Positions 6,754 through 16,321 of a stretch of DNA of 32,000 bases are shown in pieces (the first letter of the stretch is position 1; the number at the start of each line of letters is the position of its first letter). The DNA is from Akkermansia muciniphila ATCC BAA-835 (GTDB lineage: Bacteria > Verrucomicrobiota > Verrucomicrobiia > Verrucomicrobiales > Akkermansiaceae): assembly GCF_000020225.1 (NCBI RefSeq), contig NC_010655.1, positions 120,001 through 152,000 of the forward strand. Direction: 5' to 3'. The notes below the pieces were generated by a model. It saw only the letters and a program-made list of their open reading frames with translations. It had not been told where the DNA came from and made no database searches. The position numbers and the translations under genes were made by a program.

Positions 6754-8151
6754 GTGAAGGGATTCATCAAACTCATCATCGTCATTGCCGTTCTCGGAGG
6801 CATCTGGTTTGCCTGGGAACAGTGGAAAGGAAATGAAGCCATCCAGGTGGACTACCAGACAGAACCTCTTGAAAAAGGAAACCTGATGATCACCATCGAA
6901 GCAACCGGCGTCACGGAGCCTGATGAACTGGTAGATGTAGGCGCCCAGGTCAGCGGAATCATCATGGAGTTCGGCAAGGACCTGAACGGCAAGGTGGTGG
7001 ATTATTCCAGCCCTGTAAAAGCCGGTCAGATGCTCGCGGAAATCGACAAGCTTCCCGTGCAGCTGGACGTTCAGAGGGCGGAAGCCTCCAAAGCGCAGGC
7101 CATTGCCGGAATCGCCCGCTCCAAGGCGGACATCCAGCAGGCCAAAGCCAAGCACCAGCAGGCCAGACTGGACCGGGAACGCGCGGAAAAGCTGGGGCCT
7201 GGGGATGCCCTGTCCAAATCCAGCTACGACCAGTATATTGCGGATGAAGAAACCGCCCGCGCCAACGTAGCCGTGGCGGAAGCCTCCCTGCAGGAAGCGG
7301 AAGCCTCCCTGAAACAGGCGGAAGCCGCGCTGAAAAAGGAAATGCGCAACCTGGAATACACCACCATCAAGTCCCCCGTGGACGGCGTCGTGGTCAAACG
7401 CCTGGTCAACATAGGCCAAACAGTGGTTTCCAGCATGAGCGCCTCCAGCCTGTTTTACATCGCCACAGACCTTTCCAAGCTGAAAATTTGGGCCGCTGTG
7501 AACGAGGCGGACATCGGCAGCATCCGCAAGGGGCAGGAGGTACTGTTCACCGTGGACGCTTTCGCCGGCCGCAAATTCAAGGGAACGGTGGACAAGATAC
7601 GGCTGGACGCAACCATGACGTCCAATGTGGTCACTTACATCGTGGACATTGATGTACCCAATCCGGACAAGCTTCTTATCCCCTATCTGACGGCAAATGT
7701 CCAATTCGTGGTGGAGGACATACGAAACGCTTTCCTCGTTTCCAATGCGGCCCTCCGCTTCCGCCCGGAAACAGAACTGGTCAGTGCTGAACAAAAAGCG
7801 GCCTTTGACCGGATGCAGCCGGAGCTGGCCGCCCCCGTCCGGGACGGACAAAAGAAAAAAGCCGTGGTTTGGGAATTGCGGAACAATCTTCTTTATCCCC
7901 ACCTGGTCACCAAAGGGGAAAGCAACGGCATGCTGACGGCCATTGCGGGAGAAACGCTCCGGGAAGGAATGGAAATCGTCTCTACGGCTCAGATACTGAA
8001 CCGCTCCGACAGTTCGGGGGACGGTTCTTCCGCCTCCGCCGGCGGGGAAAACCCGTTCGCGCCCAAAATGCCCCCGCGCCGCAAGCCGAGCACAGGCAAC
8101 ACGAAAACGGCAGCCTCGGCTGGCAATGACGGGCCGCCCCCGCCTCCCTAA
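6754..8151 (+). CDS. HlyD/MacA-family periplasmic adaptor (membrane fusion protein) of an ABC-type efflux system
   Basis: N-terminal TM helix (KLIIVIAVLGGIWFAW). Long coiled-coil segment (AEASLQEAEASLKQAEAALKK). Lipoyl and beta-barrel-like segments (YTTIKSPVDGVVV, VTYIVDIDV). Low-complexity Pro-rich C-terminus. GTG start. Confidence 0.85.
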   Translation: MKGFIKLIIVIAVLGGIWFAWEQWKGNEAIQVDYQTEPLEKGNLMITIEATGVTEPDELVDVGAQVSGIIMEFGKDLNGKVVDYSSPVKAGQMLAEIDKLPVQLDVQRAEASKAQAIAGIARSKADIQQAKAKHQQARLDRERAEKLGPGDALSKSSYDQYIADEETARANVAVAEASLQEAEASLKQAEAALKKEMRNLEYTTIKSPVDGVVVKRLVNIGQTVVSSMSASSLFYIATDLSKLKIWAAVNEADIGSIRKGQEVLFTVDAFAGRKFKGTVDKIRLDATMTSNVVTYIVDIDVPNPDKLLIPYLTANVQFVVEDIRNAFLVSNAALRFRPETELVSAEQKAAFDRMQPELAAPVRDGQKKKAVVWELRNNLLYPHLVTKGESNGMLTAIAGETLREGMEIVSTAQILNRSDSSGDGSSASAGGENPFAPKMPPRRKPSTGNTKTAASAGNDGPPPPP

Positions 8152-8217
8152 CCCGGGGAACCGCCTTCATCCGACCGCTCAATCACTCTTTTTTACCGCA
8201 TCAAGCATTCCAACAAC

Positions 8218-8922
8218 GTGATCCGCTTACGTGACATAACCAAGGTGTACCACTTGGGAGAAATAGACCTTCAAGTACTCAAGGGCATCACCCTGGATAT
8301 CAATGAAGGGGAATTCGTCTCCCTCACGGGGGCATCCGGCTCAGGGAAATCAACCCTGATGAATATCCTGGGCTGTCTGGACCGCCCTACCTCAGGCCAT
8401 TACTATATTGCCGGGGAAGACGTTGCCAAATTCAACGCCGCAGAACGCGCCACTCTCCGGAACAAGCGCATCGGATTCGTCTTCCAGAACTTTAACCTGC
8501 TCTCCCGTACCACAGCCCTGGAAAACGTGATGATGCCTGCCGTATATGCCCACCCCGCCCTCAGCATGAAAGCCATGCGCGAACGTTCCGTGGAATTGCT
8601 GAATTTGGTAGGCCTTTCCGACCGCATGGACCACACCCCGGCCCAGCTTTCCGGCGGACAGCAGCAGCGCGTAGCCATTGCCCGTTCCCTCATCAACAAC
8701 CCCAGCATCCTGCTGGCGGACGAACCAACGGGAAACCTGGACTCCACCACTTCCAAGGAAGTGCTGCACATGTTCAAGGACCTGAACCGCCAACAGGGAA
8801 TCACAGTCATCCTGGTGACGCACGACCCCAAAATAGCCGCCTTCACGGACAGGGCCATCAACATGGCGGACGGCCTTATCTGCGAAGGGATTTCCGATAT
8901 GCTTAGCAAGGACGACGTATGA
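8218..8922 (+). CDS. ABC transporter ATP-binding protein (MacB/LolD-type)
   Basis: Walker A GASGSGKST, Q-loop, signature LSGGQQQRVAIARSL, Walker B ILLADEPTGNLD and H-loop VTHD. GTG start. Confidence 0.92.
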   Translation: MIRLRDITKVYHLGEIDLQVLKGITLDINEGEFVSLTGASGSGKSTLMNILGCLDRPTSGHYYIAGEDVAKFNAAERATLRNKRIGFVFQNFNLLSRTTALENVMMPAVYAHPALSMKAMRERSVELLNLVGLSDRMDHTPAQLSGGQQQRVAIARSLINNPSILLADEPTGNLDSTTSKEVLHMFKDLNRQQGITVILVTHDPKIAAFTDRAINMADGLICEGISDMLSKDDV

Positions 8923-10283
8923 AATTCCTTCCTCTCCTTAAAACCTGCATCAGGGCCCTGGTGCGCAATCCCATGCGCGCAGCCCTCACCATCCTGGGCA
9001 TCATCATCGGCATTGCCGCAGTAATCGCCATGGTGGAAATCGGCCAGGGATCTACGCTCCAGATTAAAAATACCATCGCTTCCATGGGGGCGGACACGCT
9101 GAATATCCGCCCCGGAGCCATCTCCAAAAGCGGCGTCAATACCGGCGCGGGCGGACGGGCCTCCCTGACCAACGCAGACTGCGAAGCCATTGCGAAGGAC
9201 TGCCCCATGGTTCTGCGGGCTACCCCCGTGGTGCGCGCCAGCGGCCAAGTCATTTACGGCAACAAGAACTGGAGCCCGGAAACTGTAGAGGGCGGTTCCG
9301 TGGAATACCTGAAAATCAAAAGCTGGTATGACATGGCGCGAGGCCAGCCCTTCTCCGAGGAAGATGTGGAACAGGCCAGGCGCGTGTGCGTCATTGGCCA
9401 GACGGTGGCCAAGGAACTTTTCGGGGACGAAGACCCGCTGGGCAAGGATATCCGCATCAAGAATGTCATGTTCAAAGTCATCGGCATCCTTCAGAAAAAA
9501 GGGGCCAACATGATGGGACGCGACCAGGACGACTCCATCATCCTCCCGTGGACAAGCATCCGCTACCGCCTCCAGGGCCTGGGCGGCGGTTCCACCACCA
9601 CTTCCACCGGCAACAGCACCACCACCTTCAACCGGGCAGATAAATACACCGCCAGTTCCGTGGATTACTACACGGAAACTACGGACCAGCCCTATACGGA
9701 CGCGCCCCATCCGCGGCGCTTCAACAATATTGATTCCATCATGGCTCAGATTTCAGACCCGGAACGCTCCTCCGAGGCCATTGACCAGATTACGGAAGTG
9801 ATCCGTGCCAAACACAACCTCAAGGACGGCCAGCTGGACGATTTCCGGGTATGGGACATGGCGGAAATGTCCCGCGCCATGAGCAGCACCACGGAAGTGA
9901 TGACCAATCTGCTGATGATCGTGGCCATGATCTCTCTGGTCGTCGGCGGCGTCGGCATCATGAATATCATGCTCGTTTCCGTCACGGAACGGACCAAGGA
10001 AATTGGCCTGCGCATGGCGGTGGGCGCCCGTCCGCAGGATATCATGCGCCAGTTCCTGCTGGAAGCGGTGCTGCTCTGCGTGGTGGGCGGCGCGCTGGGC
10101 ATCATGCTCGGCAAGGCGATCTCCATCATCGTCAGCCGCACCATGAACTGGGCCACGGCCTCCTCCCCGGAAGCCATGGCTCTGGCTGTAGGCGTCTCCG
10201 TATTCATCGGCCTGGCCTTCGGATGGTACCCCTCCTGGAAGGCGTCCAAGATGGACCCCATTGATGCCCTTCGCCACGAATAA
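8919..10283 (+). CDS. ABC transporter permease, MacB-like (periplasmic core domain plus FtsX-type C-terminal TM bundle)
   Basis: N-terminal TM helix, a large extracytoplasmic domain, then an FtsX-like C-terminus (VGGVGIMNIMLVSVTERTKEIGLRMAVGA...GWYPSWKASKMDPIDALRHE). The start overlaps the ATPase stop (ATGA at 8919-8922). Confidence 0.9.
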   Translation: MKFLPLLKTCIRALVRNPMRAALTILGIIIGIAAVIAMVEIGQGSTLQIKNTIASMGADTLNIRPGAISKSGVNTGAGGRASLTNADCEAIAKDCPMVLRATPVVRASGQVIYGNKNWSPETVEGGSVEYLKIKSWYDMARGQPFSEEDVEQARRVCVIGQTVAKELFGDEDPLGKDIRIKNVMFKVIGILQKKGANMMGRDQDDSIILPWTSIRYRLQGLGGGSTTTSTGNSTTTFNRADKYTASSVDYYTETTDQPYTDAPHPRRFNNIDSIMAQISDPERSSEAIDQITEVIRAKHNLKDGQLDDFRVWDMAEMSRAMSSTTEVMTNLLMIVAMISLVVGGVGIMNIMLVSVTERTKEIGLRMAVGARPQDIMRQFLLEAVLLCVVGGALGIMLGKAISIIVSRTMNWATASSPEAMALAVGVSVFIGLAFGWYPSWKASKMDPIDALRHE

Positions 10284-10304
10284 CACCTTACTTTTTATTT
10301 TTCC

Positions 10305-11678
10305 ATGTCATCCACGTTCAAACATCTCCCCCTTCTGGCCGCCTGTTTCCTTGGCTCCTGCATGGTAGGCCCTGATTTCCGGACGCCGACCAATGACCTC
10401 CCCGCCACGTGGGAGGCGAACAGGCCCCCCCACAGTTCGGACAAAGATTTGCGTTCCTGGTGGAATATCTTTGGAGACCCCCAGCTCAACCGCCTGGTCT
10501 CCACCTCCCTCAACAACAATCCGGACATGAAGGTGGCTTTGCTCCGCATCCGGGAGGCCAGGGAAAAGCTCCGCGTCTCCCAGGCATCCCTGCTTCCCTC
10601 CGCAGACGCCAGCGCCGGGTGGAGCCTGTCCCCGGACAGAGGTTTTCGCAGCTCCACTTCCCAGAACTTCTCCCTGGGAGCGTCCACCTCCTGGGAGCTG
10701 GACCTCTTTGGCGGCAACCGGCGTTCCATCGAGGCCTCCCGCGCCTCCCTCATGTCCACAGAAGCTTCCGCAGGAGCCGTGCGCACAGCCCTGCTGGCGG
10801 ACGTCGCCACGGCCTACTTTGACTGGATTACCGCCTGCGAACAGCTCCGCATCGCCAGGGAACAACTGGAAATCCAACGCAGCACCCTCACCATTGCGGA
10901 AAAACGCTACAAAACGGAATTCGCCCCCCGTCTGGATGTGGAGCAGGCCACCTCCACCGTCGCCTCCACGGAAAGCCGCATCCCGCAACTGGAAGCACAG
11001 GTGGCCTCCTCTAAAAACCAGCTCGCCGTGCTGCTGGGAACATACAATTCCCGTGTAGAACTGACGCTGCCCAAAGCTTCCGTCTTTGAGAAAACGCCCA
11101 CCGTTCCGGTAGGCCTCCCCTCCGAACTCCTGCGGCGCAGGCCCGACGTTATCGCCGCTGAGGCGGACCTGCACGCGGCCGTGGCCAACGTGGGCGTAGC
11201 CGTAGCGGATCTGTACCCGCGCTTCAGCCTGACGGGCTCCCTTTCCAGCCGCGGCGGAGATTTCGGCCAGCTCTTCAGGGAAAACAACAACGCTTGGTCC
11301 CTGGGAGGGAATCTGCTCCAGCCCCTGTTCCGGGGCGGAGCCCTGAGAGCCACGGTACGCGCCCAGAAAGCCGCAGCAGAACAAGCTGCGGAAACTTACC
11401 GCAAAACGCTCATTACCGCCGTCTCCGAGGTGGAGGACGCCCTGATCGCCTATGGCAGCTATACCTCCCAGATGCAATACCTGCACAAGGAAAACAACGC
11501 CAACAGAGAAGCGTTCCAGCTCTCCCGCACCCTGTACATCAACGGCGAGACGGACTTCCTGAACGTGATCACCGCCCAGCGTTCCTGGCTCAGCTCGGAG
11601 GAATCCCTGGTCACCATGAAGCAGAACATCCGCAAGGCCGTGGTGCAGCTCGCGCGCGCCCTGGGCGGAGGGTGGTAA
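10305..11678 (+). CDS. NodT/OprM-family outer-membrane efflux lipoprotein
   Basis: Lipobox FLGSC at the N-terminus. Two TolC-like repeats with typical segments (WWxxFxDPxLxxL, ADLYPRFSLTG, QPLFRGG). Length is 457 aa. Confidence 0.9.
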   Translation: MSSTFKHLPLLAACFLGSCMVGPDFRTPTNDLPATWEANRPPHSSDKDLRSWWNIFGDPQLNRLVSTSLNNNPDMKVALLRIREAREKLRVSQASLLPSADASAGWSLSPDRGFRSSTSQNFSLGASTSWELDLFGGNRRSIEASRASLMSTEASAGAVRTALLADVATAYFDWITACEQLRIAREQLEIQRSTLTIAEKRYKTEFAPRLDVEQATSTVASTESRIPQLEAQVASSKNQLAVLLGTYNSRVELTLPKASVFEKTPTVPVGLPSELLRRRPDVIAAEADLHAAVANVGVAVADLYPRFSLTGSLSSRGGDFGQLFRENNNAWSLGGNLLQPLFRGGALRATVRAQKAAAEQAAETYRKTLITAVSEVEDALIAYGSYTSQMQYLHKENNANREAFQLSRTLYINGETDFLNVITAQRSWLSSEESLVTMKQNIRKAVVQLARALGGGW

Positions 11679-11698
11679 CCAGCCGCTCCCTCCAAAGG

Positions 11699-11717
11699 CC
11701 GGGGTCGCCATCCCCGG
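11699..11717 (+). terminator. Hairpin after the outer-membrane factor gene (weak terminator candidate)
   Basis: CCGGGG-tcgccat-CCCCGG lies 20 nt after the stop. No immediate T-run follows; a TTTTT lies about 20 nt further on. Confidence 0.3.
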
Positions 11718-11880
11718 CAAACGGAACCCTGATTTTTCAACAGGGGACACGGCAACAAGGGAATGACTGAAGAATCATTCTTTGTCCCCCCACATTCAGA
11801 TTAAAAAAGGCCGCAAGAATAGGAACGAATAAACTATCCGGAAACTTCCGATGGAATTGAACAGATAGCCGGGGCTCAGG

Positions 11881-13017
11881 TTAAGAACACTCTCCAGCCA
11901 CTTCTTTCATGACTGCGCTGATAAGGTTCCGGGTCTTCACGCCGGGCAGCACGTTCAAGTCCATGCGGTTCATCGCGTAGCCGAAGGAAAGGCCGTGGGC
12001 CGGATCCGCAAAGGCATGGGAACCGCCCGCCCCGGCATGACCGAAGCCGCCGGAGCCGAACAGATGGCGCAGCTTGCGGCCCGTGGCGGGGTCTGCGGGA
12101 TCGTGCATGAAGCCGCAGGAAAAGGCGGTGGGCGTTTTCAGCGTCAGGTCCGGCCCGTCAATGACGACGTTCCGCATCCAGCCGCGCACGTCGGACGGGA
12201 ATACCCGGAGTTCATCCAGCCCCAGGCAGGCCTGGTAGAACTGCGCCATGCCGCGGGCGGAAGCCACGCCGCCAAAGGCCGGAACTCCGTACACCCACGC
12301 TTCCGGCGTGTTCATCTGCCGCACACTGTTCAGCCCTATCAGAGTATTGAACGCACGGTTTACGGGCGTGCCCTTGTTCATGTATTCCAGATAAAACGGC
12401 GTACCCATGTTGGACATGTCCATCTTGCCGGGATACAGCGTCGCCACGCGGTTCCATTCGGATTCCGGCAACCCGATGTAAAAATCCAGATTCAACGGTT
12501 TGCGGATGCATTCCTCCCAGTAACGCCACAGGCGTTCCCCGGTCAGCCGCAGCATGAGTTCATCAAGCATCACTCCGTAAGTATGCGGATGGTAACCGTG
12601 TTCCGGCGGCTGCCACGCCGGAACGGTTTCCTCCAGGGCGCGCACGCAATCCTCATGGTCAAACACGCTTGCCGTCCGGGAGAAAGCCGCCAAACCGCAT
12701 TGATGGGACATCATCTGCGCGATGGATGCATAGGGCAGCGGGAATTCAGGCCACAGTTCCCCCATGCTCATCTGCGGCGAGGCTCCCTGCTGGTGCAGGG
12801 CCAGCAGAAGGGTGGCGGATGCGGCTCCCTTGGTGGCGGAGTAAACGGGCACCAGCGAATGTTCCGTCCATGGACGCGTTTTATCCGCTGCGGCAAACCC
12901 GGAATGCAGGGAAACGATTTCCCTTCCCTCCTTCCAGACAGAAACGGAGGCGCCCAATTCTCCGTAGTTACGGAAGTTTTCCTGAAAAGCTTCAGTTATC
13001 TGCCGGTACTCATTCAT
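11881..13017 (-). CDS. Beta-lactamase-family serine hydrolase (class C / esterase EstB-like)
   Basis: 378 aa. The SxxK nucleophile motif is in VYSATKGAAS. The overall AmpC/PBP4-like fold family is recognisable; substrate is unknown. Confidence 0.8.
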   Translation of the reverse strand: MNEYRQITEAFQENFRNYGELGASVSVWKEGREIVSLHSGFAAADKTRPWTEHSLVPVYSATKGAASATLLLALHQQGASPQMSMGELWPEFPLPYASIAQMMSHQCGLAAFSRTASVFDHEDCVRALEETVPAWQPPEHGYHPHTYGVMLDELMLRLTGERLWRYWEECIRKPLNLDFYIGLPESEWNRVATLYPGKMDMSNMGTPFYLEYMNKGTPVNRAFNTLIGLNSVRQMNTPEAWVYGVPAFGGVASARGMAQFYQACLGLDELRVFPSDVRGWMRNVVIDGPDLTLKTPTAFSCGFMHDPADPATGRKLRHLFGSGGFGHAGAGGSHAFADPAHGLSFGYAMNRMDLNVLPGVKTRNLISAVMKEVAGECS

Positions 13018-13091
13018 TCCCTTAAAATGACCCGGCGTTACTCCCGGCGTCCGGACAAGAAAATACTCCCCTCCGGTTCCGAAAGCAAGCT

Positions 13092-13120
13092 CCGGCGCTG
13101 CCCTGGATGGTCAGCGCCGG
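13092..13120 (-). terminator. Strong hairpin downstream of the RND pump gene
   Basis: The minus strand reads CCGGCGCTG-accatccaggg-CAGCGCCGG, a 9-bp perfect stem, followed by AGCTTGCTTTC. That is only a partial U-tract. Confidence 0.45.
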
Positions 13121-13141
13121 AACAGGACAATCTGTAAAACA

Positions 13142-16100
13142 TCAGTCCTTCGTATGGGCGGCCAGGTATTTCCTGGCTCCCACTTCATCCGGATCCTCCT
13201 TCAGATCATTCAGGGAGAATTTAATACGGAATAATCTCATGATGAACACATAAGAACATGGAATCAGAAAAGCGCCCACCAGTGTAGCCACCCCCATGCC
13301 AATCACCACCACCGTACCGATAGCGTTGCGCGCCAGAGCTCCGGAACCGGAGGAAAGCATCAGGGGGATACATCCCAGAACGAATGCCAGAGAAGTCATC
13401 AAAATGGGACGCAGGCGCAGACGCGCGGCAACCAGCGTAGCCTCCATCAGGCCCTTGCCGCGCTGCATCTCCAGATTGGCGAATTCCACGATGAGGATGG
13501 CGTTCTTGGCCGCCAGACCCACCAGCATCACCAGACCGATCTGCGCGTAGAGCGTCAGCTCCATGCCCTGCCAGAACAACCCTGCATAGGCCCCCAGCAC
13601 GGCAATGGGAACCGTGAGGAAAACCGCCAGGGGAAGAGACCATTTCTCATAAAGCGCCACCAGGATAAGGAAGGCGAAAACGGCGGACATGGTGAAGATG
13701 GCCCCCAGCCCAATACTGTTGCGCACTTTATTTTCCTGGAAGCTCATGTCCTGGTAGTCGAAGCCAACCTTCGTAGGATCCATCGTCTGATGGAACACTT
13801 CCTCCAGCGCGTCCATCACCTGCTGGGTGGAGTGGCCGGGCCGGGGCATCACGTTCAATTTGGCGGCGTTGTAGATGTTATGGTGCATCACGAATTCCGT
13901 ATCCTCTATCTCTCTGATGTTTACCAGGGCGGAGAGAGGCACGCGGGCTCCGTCCGCGTTCGTGACAAAGAAGCCGTCCATCTTCTCCAGGCTGGCGCGG
14001 TCTTCGCCCTGCGCCTGGATATACACTTGCCACTGCTGGCCGAAGGCATTGAAGTAATTGATGAAGGAGGAACCGTTGTAGGAGGCCAGAATGCCGTTGG
14101 CCACGTCAATATCCACCTTGTGGAATTTGCATTTTTCCTTGTCCAGGTTCACGTACTTCTGCGGCATGTCCGCCATCATCATGTCTATGCACAAGGCTAT
14201 TTCCGGACGCCGGGAAGCCGCTTCCTGGAACCGTTGCACCTGTTCATGCAGATAAGCTACGCCCTGCCCTTCCAGATCCTCCAGTACCATCGTAACCCCG
14301 TTGGCGGTTCCCACGCCGGGGATGGCGGGAGGTTCCAGCACCATCGCCATACCGTCCAGGCCGGCCTGGGCCAGCTTTCCCTGAAGCTTTCCGGCCAGCT
14401 CCGCGGAGGTTTCCGGCCGTTCGCTCCAGTCCTTGAGCTCAATGTAGGCAATGCAGGCGCCGGGAGTCTGCACGCTGTTGAGGATGTTGAGCCCCACCAC
14501 GGTAGTAAGGTTCTTCACGGCGGGATCCTGGAGGGCCGCCTCAAATTTTTTGTCCTGTTCATAGGCAACCTGCAGGGAGGTATTCGGCTTCAGGATCAGG
14601 CAGGCCAGCAGAAAGCCCTGGTCCTCATCCGGAAGAAAGCCGCCGGGAACGCGCTCCGCCACAGGAGCCACCGCCCCCCAGAATAACAACAGGAGGGGGA
14701 TGGAAATCGCCAGCTTGCGGGCCAGGCTTCCGCACATGCGGGTATAGCCGTTGGAGACACGTCCGTAACACCAGTTGAACAAACGGTGAAATGGGGAAAA
14801 GAGGCTCTTCCTGCCCGCATTCCGGGGTTTCAGCAACAGGGCGCACAAGGCAGGGGAAAGCGTCAGCGCATTAAAGGCGGAAATGAGCATGGAAATGGCG
14901 ATGGTCACGGCGAACTGCTTGAACAGCGTTCCCGTGATGCCCTCCAGCAGCAGGGAAGGCAGGAATACCGCCGCCAGCACCAAGGCAATGGCGATGACGG
15001 GGCCGGATACCTCCTGCATGGCGGCGAAGGAAGCCATGCGCGGATTGAGCCCCTTGTCTATGTGCTCCTGCACGGCTTCCACCACCACAATGGCGTCATC
15101 CACAACCAGGCCGATGGCCAGCACCATGCCAAGAAGGGAAATGGTGTTCAGAGAAAACCCCAGGACGGGAAAGAGGCAGAACGTGGAAATAAGGGAAACC
15201 GGAACGGCGATGAGCGGAATGAGGGTGGCGCGCCAGTTTTGAAGGAAAACATACACGACCAGGGCCACCAGGATGACGGCTTCCATGAACGTGTGCTTGA
15301 TTTCATCAATGGAATAGCGCACCGCCGTAGTCGTATCCAGGGAAACGCGCCCGGTAATTCCTTCCGGCATCAGCGGAGCCTTGGCTTCCAGCAGTTTTTC
15401 CACGCGGTCCGCCGTAGCGATGGCGTTGGAACCCGGAGACTGGAAGATAACGATAGCCGCGGAAACTTCTCCGTTCAGGCGGCCGGTGGCGGAATAGTCT
15501 TCAGCTCCCAGTTCCACCTTGGCAATATCTTTCAGGTACAGGATTTCATCCCCATTCTGGCGAATGATGATGTCTTCAAATTCATGGGGCTCCGAAAGAC
15601 GCCCCTGAGTGCGCACGGTAATGGTCTGCTCCTGGCCGTCCGGCACGGGGTCCGCCCCAATCTTGCCGCCGGGGTTGGTGGTGTTCTGGGCGGAGATGGC
15701 GCCCCGCACTTCATTGACGGAAACGCCGTAATGGGTCATTTTGGACGTATCCAGCCAGATGCGGATGGCATAACGCCCCGCGCCGTACACCTGAACTTCC
15801 CCCACGCCCTCCACGCGCTTGAGTTCATCCACCAGCTTCACCTGGGCATAGTTCGCCAAATCCACGGAATTATAACTGCCGTCCGGGGATGTCAGGGAAT
15901 AAATCATCAGCGGAAGCCCCGGCTGCTGCTTGATGGTCACGCCCGTGCTCTGAACTTCCTGCGGAAGCTGGGAGGAGGCCTGCCCATAGCGCATATTGGT
16001 CAGCACCTGGTCAATATCCGTATCAGAACCCGGTTCAAAAATGACGGAAAGGTTATACACGCCGTTGTTGGAGGAAACGGACGTCATGTAGTCCATGCCC

Positions 16101-16318
16101 TGCACGCCGGAAATCTGGCGTTCCAGGGGAGTGCCCACGGAATCCGCCACCGCCTGCGCGCTGGCCCCCGGAAACATGGCCTGAAGCTGGATGGTGCGCG
16201 GCGTGATTTCCGGATACTGGGAAATAGGCAGGTTGAACATGCAGACCAGCCCCAGCAGCGTGGTCACAATGGCAATCACGGCTGCGATTGCGGGATGCTT
16301 GATGAAAAACGCACTCAT
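13142..16318 (-). CDS. RND (HAE1/AcrB-type) multidrug efflux permease
   Basis: 1058 aa. AcrB-family conservation runs the whole length (MSAFFIKHPAIAAVIAIV..., VVDDAIVVVE, 12-TM architecture with two large periplasmic loops). Confidence 0.95.
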   Translation of the reverse strand: MSAFFIKHPAIAAVIAIVTTLLGLVCMFNLPISQYPEITPRTIQLQAMFPGASAQAVADSVGTPLERQISGVQGMDYMTSVSSNNGVYNLSVIFEPGSDTDIDQVLTNMRYGQASSQLPQEVQSTGVTIKQQPGLPLMIYSLTSPDGSYNSVDLANYAQVKLVDELKRVEGVGEVQVYGAGRYAIRIWLDTSKMTHYGVSVNEVRGAISAQNTTNPGGKIGADPVPDGQEQTITVRTQGRLSEPHEFEDIIIRQNGDEILYLKDIAKVELGAEDYSATGRLNGEVSAAIVIFQSPGSNAIATADRVEKLLEAKAPLMPEGITGRVSLDTTTAVRYSIDEIKHTFMEAVILVALVVYVFLQNWRATLIPLIAVPVSLISTFCLFPVLGFSLNTISLLGMVLAIGLVVDDAIVVVEAVQEHIDKGLNPRMASFAAMQEVSGPVIAIALVLAAVFLPSLLLEGITGTLFKQFAVTIAISMLISAFNALTLSPALCALLLKPRNAGRKSLFSPFHRLFNWCYGRVSNGYTRMCGSLARKLAISIPLLLLFWGAVAPVAERVPGGFLPDEDQGFLLACLILKPNTSLQVAYEQDKKFEAALQDPAVKNLTTVVGLNILNSVQTPGACIAYIELKDWSERPETSAELAGKLQGKLAQAGLDGMAMVLEPPAIPGVGTANGVTMVLEDLEGQGVAYLHEQVQRFQEAASRRPEIALCIDMMMADMPQKYVNLDKEKCKFHKVDIDVANGILASYNGSSFINYFNAFGQQWQVYIQAQGEDRASLEKMDGFFVTNADGARVPLSALVNIREIEDTEFVMHHNIYNAAKLNVMPRPGHSTQQVMDALEEVFHQTMDPTKVGFDYQDMSFQENKVRNSIGLGAIFTMSAVFAFLILVALYEKWSLPLAVFLTVPIAVLGAYAGLFWQGMELTLYAQIGLVMLVGLAAKNAILIVEFANLEMQRGKGLMEATLVAARLRLRPILMTSLAFVLGCIPLMLSSGSGALARNAIGTVVVIGMGVATLVGAFLIPCSYVFIMRLFRIKFSLNDLKEDPDEVGARKYLAAHTKD

Positions 16319-16321
16319 GGC

